Source of the DNA: Selaginella moellendorffii
Lineage: Eukaryota; Plantae; Lycopodiophyta
Direction of reading: 5' to 3'
NCBI RefSeq assembly: GCF_000143415.4
Contig: NW_003314307.1
Span: forward strand, 382,859-446,858
Length of the DNA: 64,000 bases
The notes under the pieces are model-generated. The model made no database searches. It was not told the origin of the DNA and was given only the letters and a program-made list of their open reading frames with translations. Numbering within the stretch: position 1 is the first letter of the stretch; the number at the start of each line of letters is the position of its first letter. The translations under genes were made by a program, and so were the position numbers. Positions 23,188 to 36,119 of this stretch are shown here, piece after piece.

Positions 23188-26100
23188 TTTGGTATCAGAG
23201 GATGAGTCTCAGCGAGTACTATTCAATGAGATTGGGCAACTAGTCTCGTTGCATACGCAGAGATGAAAATGATGATCCGAGTGGGTACACGTTTGGGTGC
23301 AAAGGCTTCGCAATTGTCCCTTAGGTATGGTTTTTGTTACTTTTTTGTACCATATTCTGTGAGCTTGAGCTTGGGCTCACAAGAGAGATTGAGTTGTTCC
23401 GTTTGCACGAGTTTGAGCTTGGACTCGTGAGTGAGGCATATTAGCAACTCAAGGTTACACTTTGAGTTGGCAGAATTAATGTTAGCCTATCTGTGGTTCC
23501 ATGAGTTGTTCTTTGTACCGTGGGTGAAAGCAAACCTCCCTAGGTTTGCTATGAGTGGCAAATAAGCTGGTCTATAGCTGTTTAGCACGGCACTGGTGGA
23601 ACCTTTCTAGGGATGGTTACAAGTGGATCAATCAAGACTGTAGGGATGAGTCAATTGATTCAAGTAATTGTTGCCGTGCTCTCTCATAAACTTTTCTTGG
23701 ATTGGACTGAAGGCAGTGTGAAAGCAAGTTTGAGGTTTAGTCAAGATAAGACCGAAAAGAGAGTTGTCAGGGACGAAGGATCAAACACGTAAATCATTTT
23801 TTCTTGGAGAGATGATTTGCAACGAGGTGTTAACTCATTGCTCATGTTCACAATATGCAATCGAGAGTCTCTACCTTGGTGCATCTTGGAGATGATGGTC
23901 TTACAAATGGTGAGTTGTGGGATGGATAGTGGTGAAACACTATACCATTTTGTCTAGACTTGGTATTGGAAGACTTGAGTTACAATGCTCAATTCTTTTC
24001 CCGGGAACCTTGCTATTGCTTCTTGAGTAGCTTGGTGTTGGATTAAGTTTTGAGTTTAGTCGGATAGCGAGTGGCATGAGCTTGTCTGTGTTGTGAACAC
24101 AAGTTAATGGTATTGGATGTTGTAAATCTCTATCAGTGGAGTGTGGCATTTATGTTGCATTTTGTCGAGTTAAGTTGGCACTTGATATTTCATGTAAACC
24201 TTTGAAGTAATGACATTGGCATTGCTCGTGGTGTTACTTAATTGATGATCAAGTCATTGTGATACTTATATCATATCCATGTGATAATGAGCAATGTGTT
24301 TACGAAGTTGCTTGGTTAACAATGATCAACCCCAAAAATGGTTGATGGTGAAGCTAGTCTACTTGCACGAAGTAGCATTGTAGTAGCTTTGACTAAATTC
24401 TCAATGGTGGTTCATTATGCTAAGCTTAAGTTGGTTCCTTGTTTCCTTGAGGGTTTGCCCATTATGGTGTTGGAAAAGGGTTGTAGCATTCATTTGCTAT
24501 AGCCTATCAATTGATCCGTTAGCACTGGGAGTAAATTATTAGATGGAGAAAATGTGTAGTTGAGGCATTGACATCGCTAGCACTTGTGTTAGTGGAAGTG
24601 GCATTGTTGATTCAAGTGATGAGGATTTTCCTTAGAGCTTGATTTTCATGTCATTTTTCTTGTTAGTGTTTTAGCTTCACATTAGATCTTGAAGGTGGTT
24701 GAAGAAAAGTGTTAAGTGCAATATGGATATCCGAAGATGTGATCTTCGTGATCAAGCCTTGAATGTTCACTTTGCATTTTGCGGATGTCGGAGTTGGATA
24801 TCGGAAGTATGGGCAAAAAGATGTTCGAGGCTTAAGCATACTATGGGTCATGAGAATTTGTGTTAAGGTGAACCTTTGTGAAGTTGTTAGTAGGAGGAAG
24901 TTGGTTGAGTCTTGGAAGTTTGTATTCCTAGACCGAAAGTCATTCTTTCTCTAGGATTGGAAAATTTTCCACAAATTTTCTTAGACTTTTCCAATGGCTG
25001 ATCTGTTGATCACTTTGCCCGAAAACCATTCCGTTTTCGTAAGCCAGTACAAACTAGTGAAGAGGTTGAGTTAACTTTGGTTAGCTTAAACCTTAGTAAG
25101 TAGTTTGTATGATGCAACCCGAAAGAGATGCTAACTTTTGAGGCTAAGGCAATTGAGTTGAATAGAGTCTAGAGTTGAAGTAGAAAAGTGGCCGTTGCAC
25201 TTTTCTAAAAAGGGTGACCCTTGTACCTTTCTTCTGTAGTGTTATGCTTGGTGGCAGGTTGCACTTTGCATTTCATTAGACTTTATGAAAGTAATGAGCT
25301 CTCACTAATCTTGACTTGGTCTTGGTGGCCCTGCACCTTAGCTAAGGATGGTGATGTCCAACTTAGTTGTTTGCGGTTGAGATGTTAGTACCTGTACTAT
25401 AGCTTTGTCTATAAGGAGGTTGTGTACTGATATGAGTCCATTTCATGGTCTTCACTTGAGTTTCGACTTAGTGTTGGTCATGTATAGCTAGCCTTTTCAA
25501 GGCATGCTCAGAGCTATTAGCTAAACATGTTGGTGAGCTTATTATAGTTGAGTTGGATTCAAGTGGTCATTTAGTTTGTACTTGTCTATGAACCTTTATC
25601 TCGTGCTTGGGGTATTATGTTTATATTGGACAAGTATATAACTTGATGGCATGAGTTTAGTATTTGGGTCTTATGAAGGCAAGTTGAAAGAGTGATTGTT
25701 AATTGCTTTGCGACTAGTGATTACTTGTAGACTTTGTCAAAGACCATTGACACTTGCTTCACTCGATGATGATTTAGTAGTGATGGGTTTGCCTTATAGG
25801 ATGGTGTTGCAGAGGATCGTGTCGTTAGACTTACATGGGTTTTCCATGTTGGTATGTCGACTCTACCTCTGGTGATATTATTTGGTTGCATTTAGTTCGT
25901 GGTGTTAGATTTCATTAAGTCTTGGATGTGGTGAGAATCACTCCTTGATGATGTGTTATCTGTAACTGAGTATTGTTGGAGGATTAGTCTCAGATACTAA
26001 ATATAGTATCTTTGACTTTGGTTAGCTTGGTTGCAAGAGAGTTTTGAGTGGTGATTCACTCGTGCTTTCTTTTAGCTTTGTTATGGTGTTGATGACATTG

Positions 26101-28174
26101 AAGTGATGCCTTGTCGTTAACAATATTGATGTTGAGATTCAAGTGAAATGAGATATCTCTCTCTCGGATTGATATTGCATTTCATTAGTCTTGATAAAGA
26201 TAGTATTGATGATTTGGCTATAGCTTTGTGTTATTAGCATTCCTGCATTGCTAGTTAGCAACTATATTGACGTTCAATGAACTGAGTGGTAAGTTTGAGT
26301 TAATTGTGTTCTAAACGAGATTATTTAGTAAAGGTTGAACTTTGAGCTTTTCCTTGAAAAGTGATTTAGTCATGGACTATACTAGCTTTACAAAAAGATG
26401 AGTTAATGATCAATATTGGAATGTTTGAATCCTTGTTGGATTTAAGTTATGATATATTGATCATTGATGATTCTTCTTGTGCTTGTTATGAAGTGAGTTA
26501 CGTCTTGCTATAGATGGATTCATGGAGAATCGTTTGATGATCACTTGTTGAGCAGAGCTTCATTATGCTTGGTTTTTGGATTGATGCAAATCTGCTCTTC
26601 ATTAGCATTGCATTCTAAAGTTTAGCTTATGGATGTGTTGAGGAGGATATTATGGATTATACCATGATTTTCTTCTTAGCATTGAAGTTAGTTCATGCGA
26701 GACTCGTGATCATTGCTAGGCATGACTTGGCTATAGACTTCTTTGAGCTTTTGGTTCTTTGAATTTATGCTCATTGTTCCATTTGTTAGAAGTTGTTAGG
26801 GAAGGCATTTTAGCTCATTAGCTTCAATGTTGAAGTTAATATTTGCATATGGCAATCATTGGTGATGATTGACTATCATCTAGGATAGTTGATTATCCTT
26901 ATCAAAAAGTTTTGCTTGATTGTTGTTGATATAGAATGATTCACTATTCTTCAGGGTAGTGGATTCCTTCTTTAATGATGATTATGCATATCTCTTTTTG
27001 ATGGGATGATTGTTAATCTTTCATGATGGTTCATTATTCTCTTTGATGGCTTTTGACTTTTTGCAATACCACATGTTCTTTGTGGTTTGCTCTGGATTGG
27101 TCTCTTGGGTTTGAGACATCGATAGGATGTTGCTAACACTTGCTAGAGCAACTCTGGTTCCTTGGTATTGTTGACCAAGGTCTATTCAGATTGGCTAGTG
27201 TGATAGTTGGCATGAACGAGTGTTTGTTAGCCATGGAACATTCATTCTATTCTGTTGATTATTGCTTGAGTTCACTTTGATAGATTCGGATGTTATTTCC
27301 TTCGGGTGATACATTTGCGAGCATTTTACTTACCAGTCGATGATCCTTTATGTGCTATGTGTTATCTTTAGTAAGTTATTTGGCATATTATCTGCCATCT
27401 TCGGTAGTTAGATTTCATCATTGAGTTTCCTTGATGATATACTAGCTATTGAATTTTGTTGGATGGTGCATTCTGTGTTTACCAATTTTGATGATCTTGG
27501 TGGTTCCTATCTACTATAATACTGGTTTATCGAATGATAACTTACTTGGAATACTTTTGTGTTCTACTCTAAGATTTCATCATTGGTAATTAAGTCTCTA
27601 AGATATCATTGTCTCTGACTTTGATATTGTCCATCTATTGATCTTTGAGTTTGGGCCAGTATAGGCAGACTGGCTTCGGCACTTCGTGTGCATGGTGAAA
27701 TCTCTAGTCATGGGGTAGCTACTGTCGACTGGTCACATAACCCGCCTCTCTGTTGATGTTCTTTATTCCATTAAAAAGGGCATGACCGTGTAAACAACTC
27801 TAATTGCCTGTTTACAGTAGTCTATCTAAACCTTACCGACAGGTTTGGTTTTTTTGCTCAGGAGGGTTGGGGCCTTTGGCTTCTCTCTCTATGTCCCTGC
27901 GGGCAGGGGCGTATCACACTTTTGTAAGTTGGGTGACTCCCAGAGCAGCAAGGGTGGCTAACTCCGTTGGTCATTTCCTTGTCGGCGACGGCCGGAAGGT
28001 GTCTGAGCTGGTAGCGCATCCGTGTTAGACAAAGAGGTTACCCCTAACTCATTTAAGTTGGTGCATTTTTCACATAGTGTGAGTACCGTGAACTTTTTTT
28101 GGAGTTGTTTCCTTGGTGGTATTCTAGACTCGAGTATGCATCAACGAGGACGTCGATCTTCCCTAGGGGGAGAG

Positions 28175-29300
28175 TGTCGCGAATGTGACTTCAGGTATCA
28201 AAAGTTACCTTTCGACCAATCCTTACGGACACTCTTACCTTACTGCCACGATGGCAGAAGGTCGGTATTGTTGGTCCCTTTTATGGTCTCCACTCAAGCT
28301 AGTTGAGAAACTGGTCATCACATGTGCACTTGATTAGATGAGCATAAGGACGGAATTCCTACGTGCTATTTTTCAAGCATACTTGACCTGGTTAGAGAAA
28401 CTCATTTGTTGACTTGCACTTGTTAGTGTTGGGAACCCCCACGATATTGAGATTGGTCCCTCAATATCGCTAGATGATACCTTACCATGTCTGCCAAACA
28501 CCCTCGCTATCATGCCCTTTGTGTTGGTCTCATTTCGGTCCCAAATACTATTTATGGAAAGTGTCCAGATTTGTTCATTTGGCATATCTACGGAATGTAG
28601 AGATCATCCTAAACACAATGGTGTTTATCCCATGTCCAAATTCGCAATCTAGGGATATTCCATATTTAGTAAGTTTCGAGCTTGTCCCAGAGACTTAACT
28701 CCTGATACTAAGGGAGGCTTGGGGTGAAAGCCCAAAGCGTGTGTTCCTCGAGGGGGGGGGGGGGGGGGGCCTTTGGGGGGTTCCAAATGTATAGTAGGGA
28801 TAGTGGGTAGGTCGGGCATGGCCGACCAACCTAAGGCATAGTATAGTTTTTGCTTGCATGCCTATCCTTGTTTTGCGTCCGGCTTGGGTCTAAGCCCAAG
28901 TTCCATTCCATGCTAGTTGGTGGAGTACCCATATCCTCATATTAGGCCACTGGTATGCCGAAATAGCGCCAGACTCCGTTTGGCTCTGTTTTGCATGCTG
29001 GTCCTAGCATTGGGATGTTGGTTACTCTGGGACTGTTCCAAGTCGCTCCGGGCTCCTATCCCTTCACTCCTTGGGCTGTATGCTCGGGAGTTGCTCCGTA
29101 GTTCGGTTCCATCATTCATTGGCTCCATGCTTGGGAGTTTGGTACGATTCCTTCGTTCAGTGGCCTAAGGCCCTGAACCTCGGGTTCCTATAGACACGTG
29201 GCATCTGTCACGTGGCACAAAGAGGGTTTAGGTTCCGCTTCATGGTGTTATCCTATGGTAAATCACCATAGGATAAAGGGTCAAAACCACGTGCGCTACA
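28175..29300 (+). repeat. 3' LTR (about 1.1 kb)
   Basis: Direct repeat of 22082-23187, preceded by the PPT and followed by TSD ACATG. Confidence 0.93.
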
Positions 29301-29699
29301 ACATGGTTGAGGCATTTTAACGGTAGAAGGTAAAAGAAGTACTTATAAGGTTTATGTTGGGTTTGGTATTTCAAAATGTTATCCCAAAGTTTTGGACTAT
29401 AGAAAGATAAAAGAGTGGTCTTTTTGCTTGGTGATTGTAGTGGGATGAGATTTAGATATATTATCACTGTTATGGATCTTTAGAACTTTGGGAGATAAAT
29501 AAGGATAAAATAATCATTAAGGGCTCTCTCATTAAGTAATTACCTTTTTTTCAATTGGTTTAAGGGGAAAACAATAAGGTGCATTACAATGACGAAAGAT
29601 ATGTTTACATGGTAAAGAAGTCCTAGAGATTAATGGGATTTAGTAGTTGGGCTTTTGGGCCTTAAACTAATAGTGGTGTTGGCGAACACTACCATGAAT

Positions 29700-30500
29700 A
29701 AAGAAAGCTTTAATAAGGATCAAAAGAGGGATATTAAAGGATGGTGTTTCTCATATCTTAAAGCATTTTAAAAATGTTAAATTGTGGTTATAGAATGACC
29801 ACTTATGAATAGATGGCTTAATCTTGAAAAGATAGGACTATGTTGTATAAGACAAGGGTGAATGGATAGCCTTAGCATAAAGGCAATAATGATACCTTTG
29901 AGTGTTGAAAGTGAGACTAGGTGAACTGGAGGAGTATAGGCTAAAGTCTTTTGTAGTCCATCTATGCATTCAACAACAACACACCATCGGCCAATTAGCC
30001 TAGTGAGATGAGATAGCCACAGCATTAGCAACATTACAAGGTCAAGGCTAATTGTGCCTTCACTCACAAAACCATGAGTCAGTCAAGTGAGCTAGCAGTT
30101 TGAAGCTTTATGGAAGAGTTTGCTCAACACATCAAAGGAACAGACAAGTAGCTAGTCGACAAGCCAATGAAACTAGTAGAAGATGAAGAAACAACAAAAT
30201 ATTATATGTAGATCTTGAGTTACTTCAAAACAATCAGTAAGAAAGTGGGTGGAGTCATGGGCCAATAAAATCATCAATGCTATATAATCCAAGAATTCAA
30301 AAGTGCAATCCTAGCTTTCACATCCACCGATGTAGAATGCATCAACCACCAAGACTAGCATATTGTAATGCTTAACTAGGAAAATTATATTATACATCAA
30401 GAACTTGACAATCTACATTGAAGCGTTGAGCTTTTCACTATGAAGACTAAGCTTAGCAACCTAGAGTAGGATTTGGAAAATCCGACTGCCTGAGGATAGG
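29700..30500 (+). mobile_element. Older decayed gypsy integrase-like relic
   Basis: Stop-riddled fragments 'NWRS..YAFNNNTPSA' (like W..L..AEFAYNNS.HSAT) near 29925-29995 and 'GPIK...NPSFHI' (like GPF...HPVFHVS) near 30260-30325. Confidence 0.35.
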
Positions 30501-30989
30501 CAGTAGTTTTGTGGTGGAGTGATGAAAAGGTAAATGTTTTATCTTGTGTATCATCCCAGATAGAACAAAAGAAGAAAGCTTAAGCAAAATGAAGTTATGT
30601 CTAAGCTTAGACATCCAAAAAAGAAAAACCTAACCTAGGCAATATTTGTCATAGACAAGTGAGAAGCAATTAGAAATGGTTATAAAATCATGTAATATAT
30701 AAATAACACTTAAACGTGTTGGAAAACAACTCTCACTCACTGTTGTATGCATTTGCATTGAATTAACTATCTTTTCTTTTGCCTATAATTGTTTGTGCAA
30801 AATAGAGTTGAAAAAGTGATATATACTTATCATTACTCATGCATTTGGGGTTCAAGTCTAAATTTTATTTTATTCTCTTCCCAATCTTCTTCTCTTCTTT
30901 TTCTTTCCTACGTTTTTAGCTTTGTTTGTCACTGTTTTATAGGTAGAGGTAAGAATGTGAGTAAAGACAAGAAAAGCTTTAATGAGTTT

Positions 30990-33650
30990 ATGCTTGGGCT
31001 TATGAGTGAGGCATATTAGCAACTCAAGATTACACTTTGAGTTGGCAAGATTAATGTTAGTCTATTAGCGATTATCATGAGTGGTTCCATATACCATAAG
31101 TAAAAAATAAACCTCTTCTAGGTTTGCTATGGATGGTGAATAAATAAATTAGTGGATCCTCTTAGGCATGATTATAAGTGGATCAATCAAGATTGTAGGG
31201 ATTAACCTATTAAATCAAGTAGTCATTGCCACACTTTTTCATAAATTTTTCTTAGATTGAATTGAAGGCAGTGCAAAAGCAAATTTAAGGTTTGGTCAAA
31301 GTAGAGTTTAAAAAGAGAGTTGTTAGAGATGAAGGATCAAACATATAAATCATTTTCTCTTTTTAGAGAGATGATTTGTAATAAAGTGTGAACTCATTGC
31401 TCATATTTATATTATGCAATCAAGAGTCCCTACCTTAATATATATTAATCATGATGGTCTTAGAAGTGGTGAGTCATGGGATGGATACTAGTGGAGCATT
31501 AAACTATTTTGTTTAGGCTTGCTATTGAAAACTTGGGTTATAATGCTTAATTCTTTTTTGGGGAACCTTGCTATTGCTTTTTGAGTAGCTCAATGTTAAA
31601 TTAGTTTTGAGTTTGGTCACAGAGAGTATAACATGAGCTTGCTTATGTTGTGAATAAAGTTGGTAGTGTTTGGTGTTGTAAATCTGTATTATTAGGGTAT
31701 AACATTTATGTTGTATTTTGTTAAATAAAGTTGGCATTTGATACTCACATAAACTTTTGAAGTAATAATATAGGCTTGCTCATAATGTTACTTGATTGAT
31801 GATCAAAATATTGAGATTTTTATATCATATTCATGAGATAATGAGCAATATGTTTACGAAATTGATAGTAAACTATTAGGGCTAAGGCAATTGAGTTGGA
31901 TAGAGTTTAAAACTTCTTCAAAACATACTTAGAGTTGTTGGCTAGATGTATTAACTAGCTTATTATTGTACGATTGGATTCGAGTGGTTATTTAGTTTGT
32001 GCTTGTCCATATTCCATATTTTGTACATGAGGTATTATGTTCATGTTGGAAAAGTATATGAGTTAATAGCATGAATTTAGTGTTTTGGTCTTGTGAAAGG
32101 TAAATTGAAAAGTGATTGTTGGTTGCTTTGTGACTAATGATTTCTTGTAGACTTTATCAAAGACTTTTGATTTTTTTTTTGCTCGATAAAGATTTATTAA
32201 TGTTGAGCTTACTTTACTAGATGGTGTTACAGAGGATTGTGTCATTAAACTTCTATGGTTTTTCTATGTTAGCATATTGATTCCATCTCTGTTGATATCA
32301 TTTAGTTGCATTTAGTCTATGGTGATAGATTTCATTAAGTTTTAGATGTGGTGAATCACTTTTTGATGATATGTTATCTTTAACTAAGTTTTGTTGAAAG
32401 TTTAGTCTCGGATACTAAGTAAGATATATTCAACTTTGGTTAGCTTGGTTACTAAAAAATTTTGAGTGGTGATTCACTCTATTTTGGTGTTAATTATAAT
32501 GAAATGATGCCTTGTTGTTAATATTGTTCATGTTGAGACTTAAGTGAAATGAGATGTCTCTTTATAAAATTGATATTAAGTTTTATTAGTCTTGATGCAG
32601 ATAGTGTTAATAATTTAGCTGTAATTTTATATTATTGGCATTTGTGCATTTGCTAGTTAGCAACTTTGATAGTATTCAAATGAGTTGAGTAACAAGTTGA
32701 GTTAGTTGTGTTCTAGATGAAATTTTTTAGTAGTGATTGAGCTTTGAGGTTTTCCTTGAAAAGTGATTTAATTGTGAATTATGCTAACTTTATGAGAGGA
32801 AAAGTTAGTGATTGATATTAAAGATGTTAGTTTTTTATTGGATTTGAGTTAGGATATATTAATTATTAATGATTCTTTTTACACTTGTTATAAAGTGAGT
32901 TATGTCTTGGTATAAATGGATTCATAGAGAATTAGTTTGGTGGTCACTTGTTGAGTATAGCTTTTTTGTGCTTGGCTTTTGGATTGATATAGAAATGCTT
33001 TTCACTAACTTTGCATTATAAAATTTAGCTTTTAGATATGTTAAAAAGGATATTGTGGCTTTTACTATAATTTTTTCTTTAGAATTGACATTAATACAAA
33101 ACTTTTGATCATTATTAAGTGAAATTTAGTTATAAACTTCTTCGAGCTATTGGTTTCTTGAATTTTCATGCTCATTATTTCATTTGTTAAGAGTTGTTAA
33201 GGAAGGCATTCTGGCTTATTAGCTTCCACATCTAGCAATTATTGATGATGAATAATTATCATCTTGGGATAGTTGATTATTCTTGCTTTGAATTTATTTA
33301 TTTTATTGTTGTTGGTAGTGAATGACCTGTTGTTCTTCAGAATGGTAAATTCTTTCTTCAACAATGATTATATATCTCTTTATTGATTGAATAATTGATA
33401 GTTTTTCATGATAGTTAGTTGTTTTTTTTTATAGCTTTTGGCTTTCCGTAATATCACATGTTCTTTATGGTTTATTTTAGATTGGTTTATTAGGTTTAAA
33501 ACATCGATAGGATGCTTGCTTACTAATGCTTACCTAAGCAATTTAAATTCTTTCATATTATTGACAGGATTTATTCAAATTGGTTAGTGTGATACTTGGT
33601 ATTAATGTTGTGTTTGTTTACTTTGTAACATTTATTCTATTCTGCTAATT
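30990..33650 (+). mobile_element. LTR-less, more AT-rich second copy of the interior of the 22082-29300 element
   Basis: Colinear with about 23420-27260 (GTGAGGCATATTAGCAACTCAAG at about 23431 and 31006; ATTCTATTCTG at about 27244 and 33634). Lacks about 24310-25140 and about 25180-25520. Confidence 0.85.
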
Positions 33651-35389
33651 TATTTCTGCTAATACTTTTATATGTACATACATTTATTCTATATGTATGT
33701 ATATATATATGCTTGAAAGCTTTTGCCTTGGGACTGAATTTGGTCTACCCCTTCTTATAGGGGTTTAAACCCTAATCAATATATTTATTCCTATACTTTG
33801 AGCACTTATACTAATATTTATATATAATTATAAGAAGTAAGATACTTCTAAAGCATAAGAAGAATTATCAATAAGGAATTATTCATCTAAACCTTAAGGT
33901 TTTCTTTCTAATACTCTAGTATTTACTTAGTTATTTTAATGAATATATATAGTAGAGTATAAGTCTGAATGAAATTTGTGCTTTATGCTAGAACTTTTTT
34001 TTTTGAGGGGGTAAGAGAATATATAAAAAGAATTGACTGAGTTCAATCTTCTTTTTTATGAAAGGGACCAACCTTTTATATACAATAGCAGACAAAGAGG
34101 TTGTGAGTTTAAGTTAATGTAAATGTTGAAGGCTGACTAGAGATAAAATATGTCATTTACTTATTTCAGTTGAAAGTTATGGTAAGTTCAAGTATTTAAC
34201 AACTACACAGAAGGTTGTAACTAATTCATCACAACTCCATAATTGGCTAATGTTTTTTCCAACTATGCATAAGTTATTGGTGCCATAGGAGTTTCAAGAA
34301 CATGAAGTATTAGGTGCCATGGGAATTTCAAGTTTTTGCAGTGGTGTGCAATAAAGTAAAAGCTCTAAATGGTCCACTAATCATTAAGCTTTGTCCATCT
34401 TCTGGAAGGGAGAATGGTCTCATGTCTACGTATGTCAAAAATCTATAATAATAAGAACAAAGAACCCAGACCCCCGCAGCCGTCCGATCCCAGGCCCAGG
34501 GCAGCCTCAGAAGCCATGGTCCTCGGAAAGGGGAGGCCACCCCAGGCCCGGGCCAGGTTCGGTGGCCATGGTTAGCGGGAATATCAGCTCAATGTTGTGG
34601 CAGCCAATGGGCGGGATGCACGTGTGGCCGGGAAAGGAAGAGGGCGTGGTGACAGGTGTTATGCCATGCACTCCTAGGGCTCCATGGCTGCTCTGCTGGG
34701 ACACAGTTGTGTGGGCGTTTCCATGAGAGTCTGTGCATGGTAAGTAACAGAGGCGAGTAGAATGGTAGTTGAATCCAGGCTCCTCTTGGGATCAACTCAG
34801 GACTGTGAGAGGCAAATTGGCTCATCTCCAACTCAGCAAAGCTTTGATCCCTGTTCGCCACTACCTCACGAGCTCTTTGGCCTACAGGAAAGCAATTATC
34901 AAGGACACTCCCTCTTCATCCCCAGATTCTCTCGAGGAATCCCTTGCTGCTGGGCCTGGTGAGGGATTGTTGTTTCAGCACATGCTCGGGATCAACTTTG
35001 TTTGTAAGAACCAGGTGTTTTGAGTTGACGTAGGGCTGTCGAGTGGCTGCGCCAGCCAATACTGCTCCTGAAGTTTTGGAAATCTGACACAGCATTGATG
35101 TCTGGGTTCTCTCAAAAGAGAAGGAGAAGCAGAAGGTGCCACCGCAAGCATCACCTGGTTTAGCTTCATTTTTAGATCGAGGTAAGACATAAGTTTGAAT
35201 ATCTTTGTATTCTATGATGTGTAGCAACTGTTGGGAAAGGATGGGAAAGCTGGCATCAATCGGTTTGTTGCGGTAGCCCATGGATAAAACTGTAGTCCAT
35301 GGATACATTATAGTCAGCATTCCAGAATCAATCCTAAGATAAATTTGTTTAGTATGACCATGTTAAACTAACAAAGTTCACCTACATTG

Positions 35390-35830
35390 TCTGGAGTTCA
35401 GTCAAGCCTGCAAATGATGGAACTGGCTGAGGAGAAAAGGAGTTGTTTCCAACGCTTCTATTATGCATACACACATGCATCAGGTCAATTCCAAGTTAAG
35501 AAGAAATATTACATTAGTTGGAGAGCTTTCAACCCGCTTAGATCAGGTAACGTTCCAGTAAAAGCGTCATCATTGATGTGTCTATAAATGAAACAAAACT
35601 TGAGTGCAAAGTAGTTACCATATTAGCTATTTACATTTCAAAGAGGGTTGATATCCGCCCCAAACTGCTCGGCAGTGATCCAGCAAATCGATTTTTGTCA
35701 AATCTCCTGAAAATACACTATTACACGAGATCGTATTCTAGCCATCAATGACTTACATGATGGTCAGCTTGGAAAAGTTTCCAATTTCATCGGGAACTTC
35801 TCCAGAGAAGCCGTTATCGTCCAGTAACCT
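35390..35830 (-). pseudogene. LRR receptor-like kinase exon relics
   Basis: Short one-LRR exons: LLDDNGFSGEVPDEIGNFSKLTIM|gt, DKNRFAGSLPSSLGRISTL and HINDDAFTGTLPDLSGLKALQLM|gt. No signal peptide exon, TM segment or kinase found nearby. Confidence 0.7.
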
Positions 35831-36119
35831 GAAGGACAACAGGTCCAAAAACCTCCAAGAAAATGAGAAAGATACATAGACGTGCTTGAGTTCAGGTAAG
35901 AAACATATTTCTGGTGCGTCCACCTCTTTGTAAACCACCCAGCATTTGCTGGGCAAGTACTTGTATCATATAAAATTCTAAACTATCTATGTTCTTCTAT
36001 GTAAATCCTACAATTTTCTCTCAGAAAATTTAAGGAATACAAGCTCTGCAAGAATACCATCTAGGACACTGCTTAGATTCTAAGTCGAAGATCGAAACAA
36101 AGAACACTATAACAGCATT

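Larger units (their letters stand above)
22082..29300 (+). mobile_element. Full-length non-autonomous LTR retrotransposon (LARD-like, probably Ty3/gypsy-derived)
   Basis: LTRs at 22082-23187 and 28175-29300, both TGTCGCG...CGCTACA. 5-bp TSD ACATG (22077-22081 and 29301-29305). PBS TGGTATCAGAG (initiator Met tRNA) at 23190-23200. PPT AGGGGGAGAG just before 28175. The 5-kb interior has no long ORF. Confidence 0.93.
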
